Below are positions 16,131-17,753 of a DNA stretch of 17,753 bases, one piece after another (the first letter of the stretch is position 1; each line of letters begins with the position of its first letter). The stretch comes from Pseudobdellovibrionaceae bacterium. GTDB taxonomy: Bacteria; Bdellovibrionota; Bdellovibrionia; Bdellovibrionales; Bdellovibrionaceae. The position numbers and the translations under genes are program-made. The stretch is taken from contig JBIKLL010000059.1 in assembly GCA_044359815.1 (NCBI GenBank), positions 1 to 17,753 of the forward strand. The letters run 5' to 3'. The notes beneath the pieces were generated by a model. The model had not been told where the DNA came from and made no database searches. It worked only from the letters and a program-made list of their open reading frames with translations.

Positions 16131-17065
16131 AAGGGCTCCTCGCGCAAATCATGACCAGTCAGTTTAAAAAAAACATCACTCAAATTTGCAGGCCTGATAG
16201 TCATTCTGTAGCTAGAAATAACTTCAAACACACTTTTGGCTTCTTGGTCCTTTTTGACGTAAACGTGGATTTGTTTGCCGACGACATTAAACTGAAACTT
16301 TTCTTTCGCCAGTCTGTTTGAATAATAACTGATGTCGTTAGAAGACAAATTACACTCTATAATTTCTTTACCAATTTCGCTTTCAATCAAATATTTGGGT
16401 TCGCCAATTTTCAGAATTTTAGAATTATCCATAATTGCGATTCGATCACAAATTTCCTGGGCTTCTTCCATAAAATGCGTGCTAATAATTAAGGTACCCA
16501 TTTCTTGCTTTAAACTTCTTAGGAAATTCCAGATCCACAATCTGGATTGAGGATCCAAGCCCGAACTGGGTTCATCCAAAACTAAAATTTCAGGTTTATT
16601 TAAAAGACCTCTGGCAATGGCTAATCTGCGCCTGATTCCACCACTCAGTTCTTCTACAGGTCTTTCGCTGTATTCCTCTAGGCGAAACAGTTTCAACAAT
16701 TCTTCGATTCGAAGCTTTGCTGTGTTTCCCACCAATCCAAAATACGATGCAAATAGCGCTAGGTTTTCATAAACAGAAAAATCGTGATCCAATCCGTCTT
16801 CTTGAGGCACCACTCCGATTCGGGCTTTAATATCAGTGATATTTTTTTTGGCGTTAATTCCCAGAATATACAGTTCACCACTGGTTATTGAGGCCCCACC
16901 ATACAGCATTTTCATTGTAGTTGATTTTCCAGCACCGTTTGGTCCTAGCAGACCAAAACATTCGCCTCTGCGAATTTGCAGATCAACATTTCTGACTATA
17001 ACAGAATCTCCGTATTTCTTAGTCAGTGCTTTGGATTCGATAACAATTTTTTCAGCGTCAACCAT
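16127..17065 (-). CDS. ABC exporter ATP-binding subunit (NodI/DrrA-like)
   Basis: Walker A GPNGAGKST, Q-loop 'RIGVVPQED', signature LSGGIRRR, Walker B ILVLDEP, H-loop STH and C-terminal 'RPANLSDVFFKLTG'. Confidence 0.93.
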   Translation of the reverse strand: MVDAEKIVIESKALTKKYGDSVIVRNVDLQIRRGECFGLLGPNGAGKSTTMKMLYGGASITSGELYILGINAKKNITDIKARIGVVPQEDGLDHDFSVYENLALFASYFGLVGNTAKLRIEELLKLFRLEEYSERPVEELSGGIRRRLAIARGLLNKPEILVLDEPSSGLDPQSRLWIWNFLRSLKQEMGTLIISTHFMEEAQEICDRIAIMDNSKILKIGEPKYLIESEIGKEIIECNLSSNDISYYSNRLAKEKFQFNVVGKQIHVYVKKDQEAKSVFEVISSYRMTIRPANLSDVFFKLTGHDLREEPL

Positions 17066-17067
17066 GA

Positions 17068-17753
17068 CTACTCTTTTTCTATGTTCGATTTCCTTTTACG
17101 TTTGTTTGGATCTAATTCCCGACATCTGAGTCTGATGTGATTGGGTGTTACCTCAATCAATTCATCATCATTAATCCATTCCATGGCTTGCTCAAGAGTC
17201 AGCGGTTTAACTGGCACTAAACGAATAGCTTCGTCCGAGCCAGAAGCCCTGACGTTAGTAAGCTTTTTCTCACGAGTGATGTTCACTTCCAGATCATTTT
17301 CTTTGGCGTGTTCTCCGATGATCATACCAGTATAAACTTCAGTCACTGGAATGATGAACATTCTGCCACGTTCCTGCAAATTCCAAATAGCGTAAGCTGT
17401 TGCAATACCCTGTCTGTCAGAAATCATCGATCCATTAACCCTAGAGGTAAAATCCCCTCTGTAGTCGTCATACCCATCAAATTGAGTGTTTAATAATCCT
17501 GTCCCACGGGTATCAGTTAAAAACTGAGAACGATACCCGATCAATCCCCTTGAAGGAATTCTGAATTCTAATCTGGTTCTACCAGAACCTTTGGTAGTCA
17601 TATTTGTCATGACACCTTTTCTGCGACCCAGTTCCTGAGTAACTGCACCCGTGAACTGATCTTCGATGTCGATTGTTGCCATTTCAAATGGCTCTTTCAC
17701 TGATCCATTTTCGTTTTTAAAAATAACCTGAGGCTTACTGACACAAAGTTCGA
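17068..17753 (-). CDS. typA: Translational GTPase TypA/BipA, C-terminal part (5' end outside window)
   Basis: The frame is open to the window edge (ELCVSKPQVIFK...EPFE). Motifs 'IPSRGLIGYRSQFLTDTRGTG', 'KKLTNVRASGSDEA' and 'LEQAMEWINDDELIEVTP'. Confidence 0.97.
   Translation of the reverse strand, partial: ELCVSKPQVIFKNENGSVKEPFEMATIDIEDQFTGAVTQELGRRKGVMTNMTTKGSGRTRLEFRIPSRGLIGYRSQFLTDTRGTGLLNTQFDGYDDYRGDFTSRVNGSMISDRQGIATAYAIWNLQERGRMFIIPVTEVYTGMIIGEHAKENDLEVNITREKKLTNVRASGSDEAIRLVPVKPLTLEQAMEWINDDELIEVTPNHIRLRCRELDPNKRKRKSNIEKE

Noticed and set aside
248..17493. Short antisense or alternate-frame ORFs in the track (e.g. 248-433, 453-638, 2999-3346, 8810-9166, 12289-12702, 16836-17129)
   Set aside because: They overlap well-supported genes, mostly as antisense shadows, and have no recognisable motifs.

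Overview
AT-rich bacterial chromosomal window. Gene content and the lineage-specific secreted hypotheticals suggest Bdellovibrionota (inference, not verified). Left to right: partial sufB with its Rrf2-family regulator (-); a degenerate GDPD-fold membrane protein followed by tolQ-tolR-tolA-tolB and a cyclophilin, with no pal (+); a non-coding ~170-185 bp element made of 56-bp AT-rich inverted arms around a 56-nt GC-rich core, then a bidirectional terminator; two secreted hypothetical proteins of 216 aa and ~1182 aa (-); a stand-alone flbD-motA-motB stator unit (-); a PAP2 phosphatase, SDR epimerase and monofunctional transglycosylase operon (+); and a NodI/NodJ-like ABC-2 exporter coupled to the 3' end of typA (-). 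No rRNA, tRNA, CRISPR array, transposase or reverse transcriptase was seen. The best candidates for something undescribed are the long-palindrome element, the secreted two-gene module, the dual-start cyclophilin and the pseudo-GDPD heading the tol operon.
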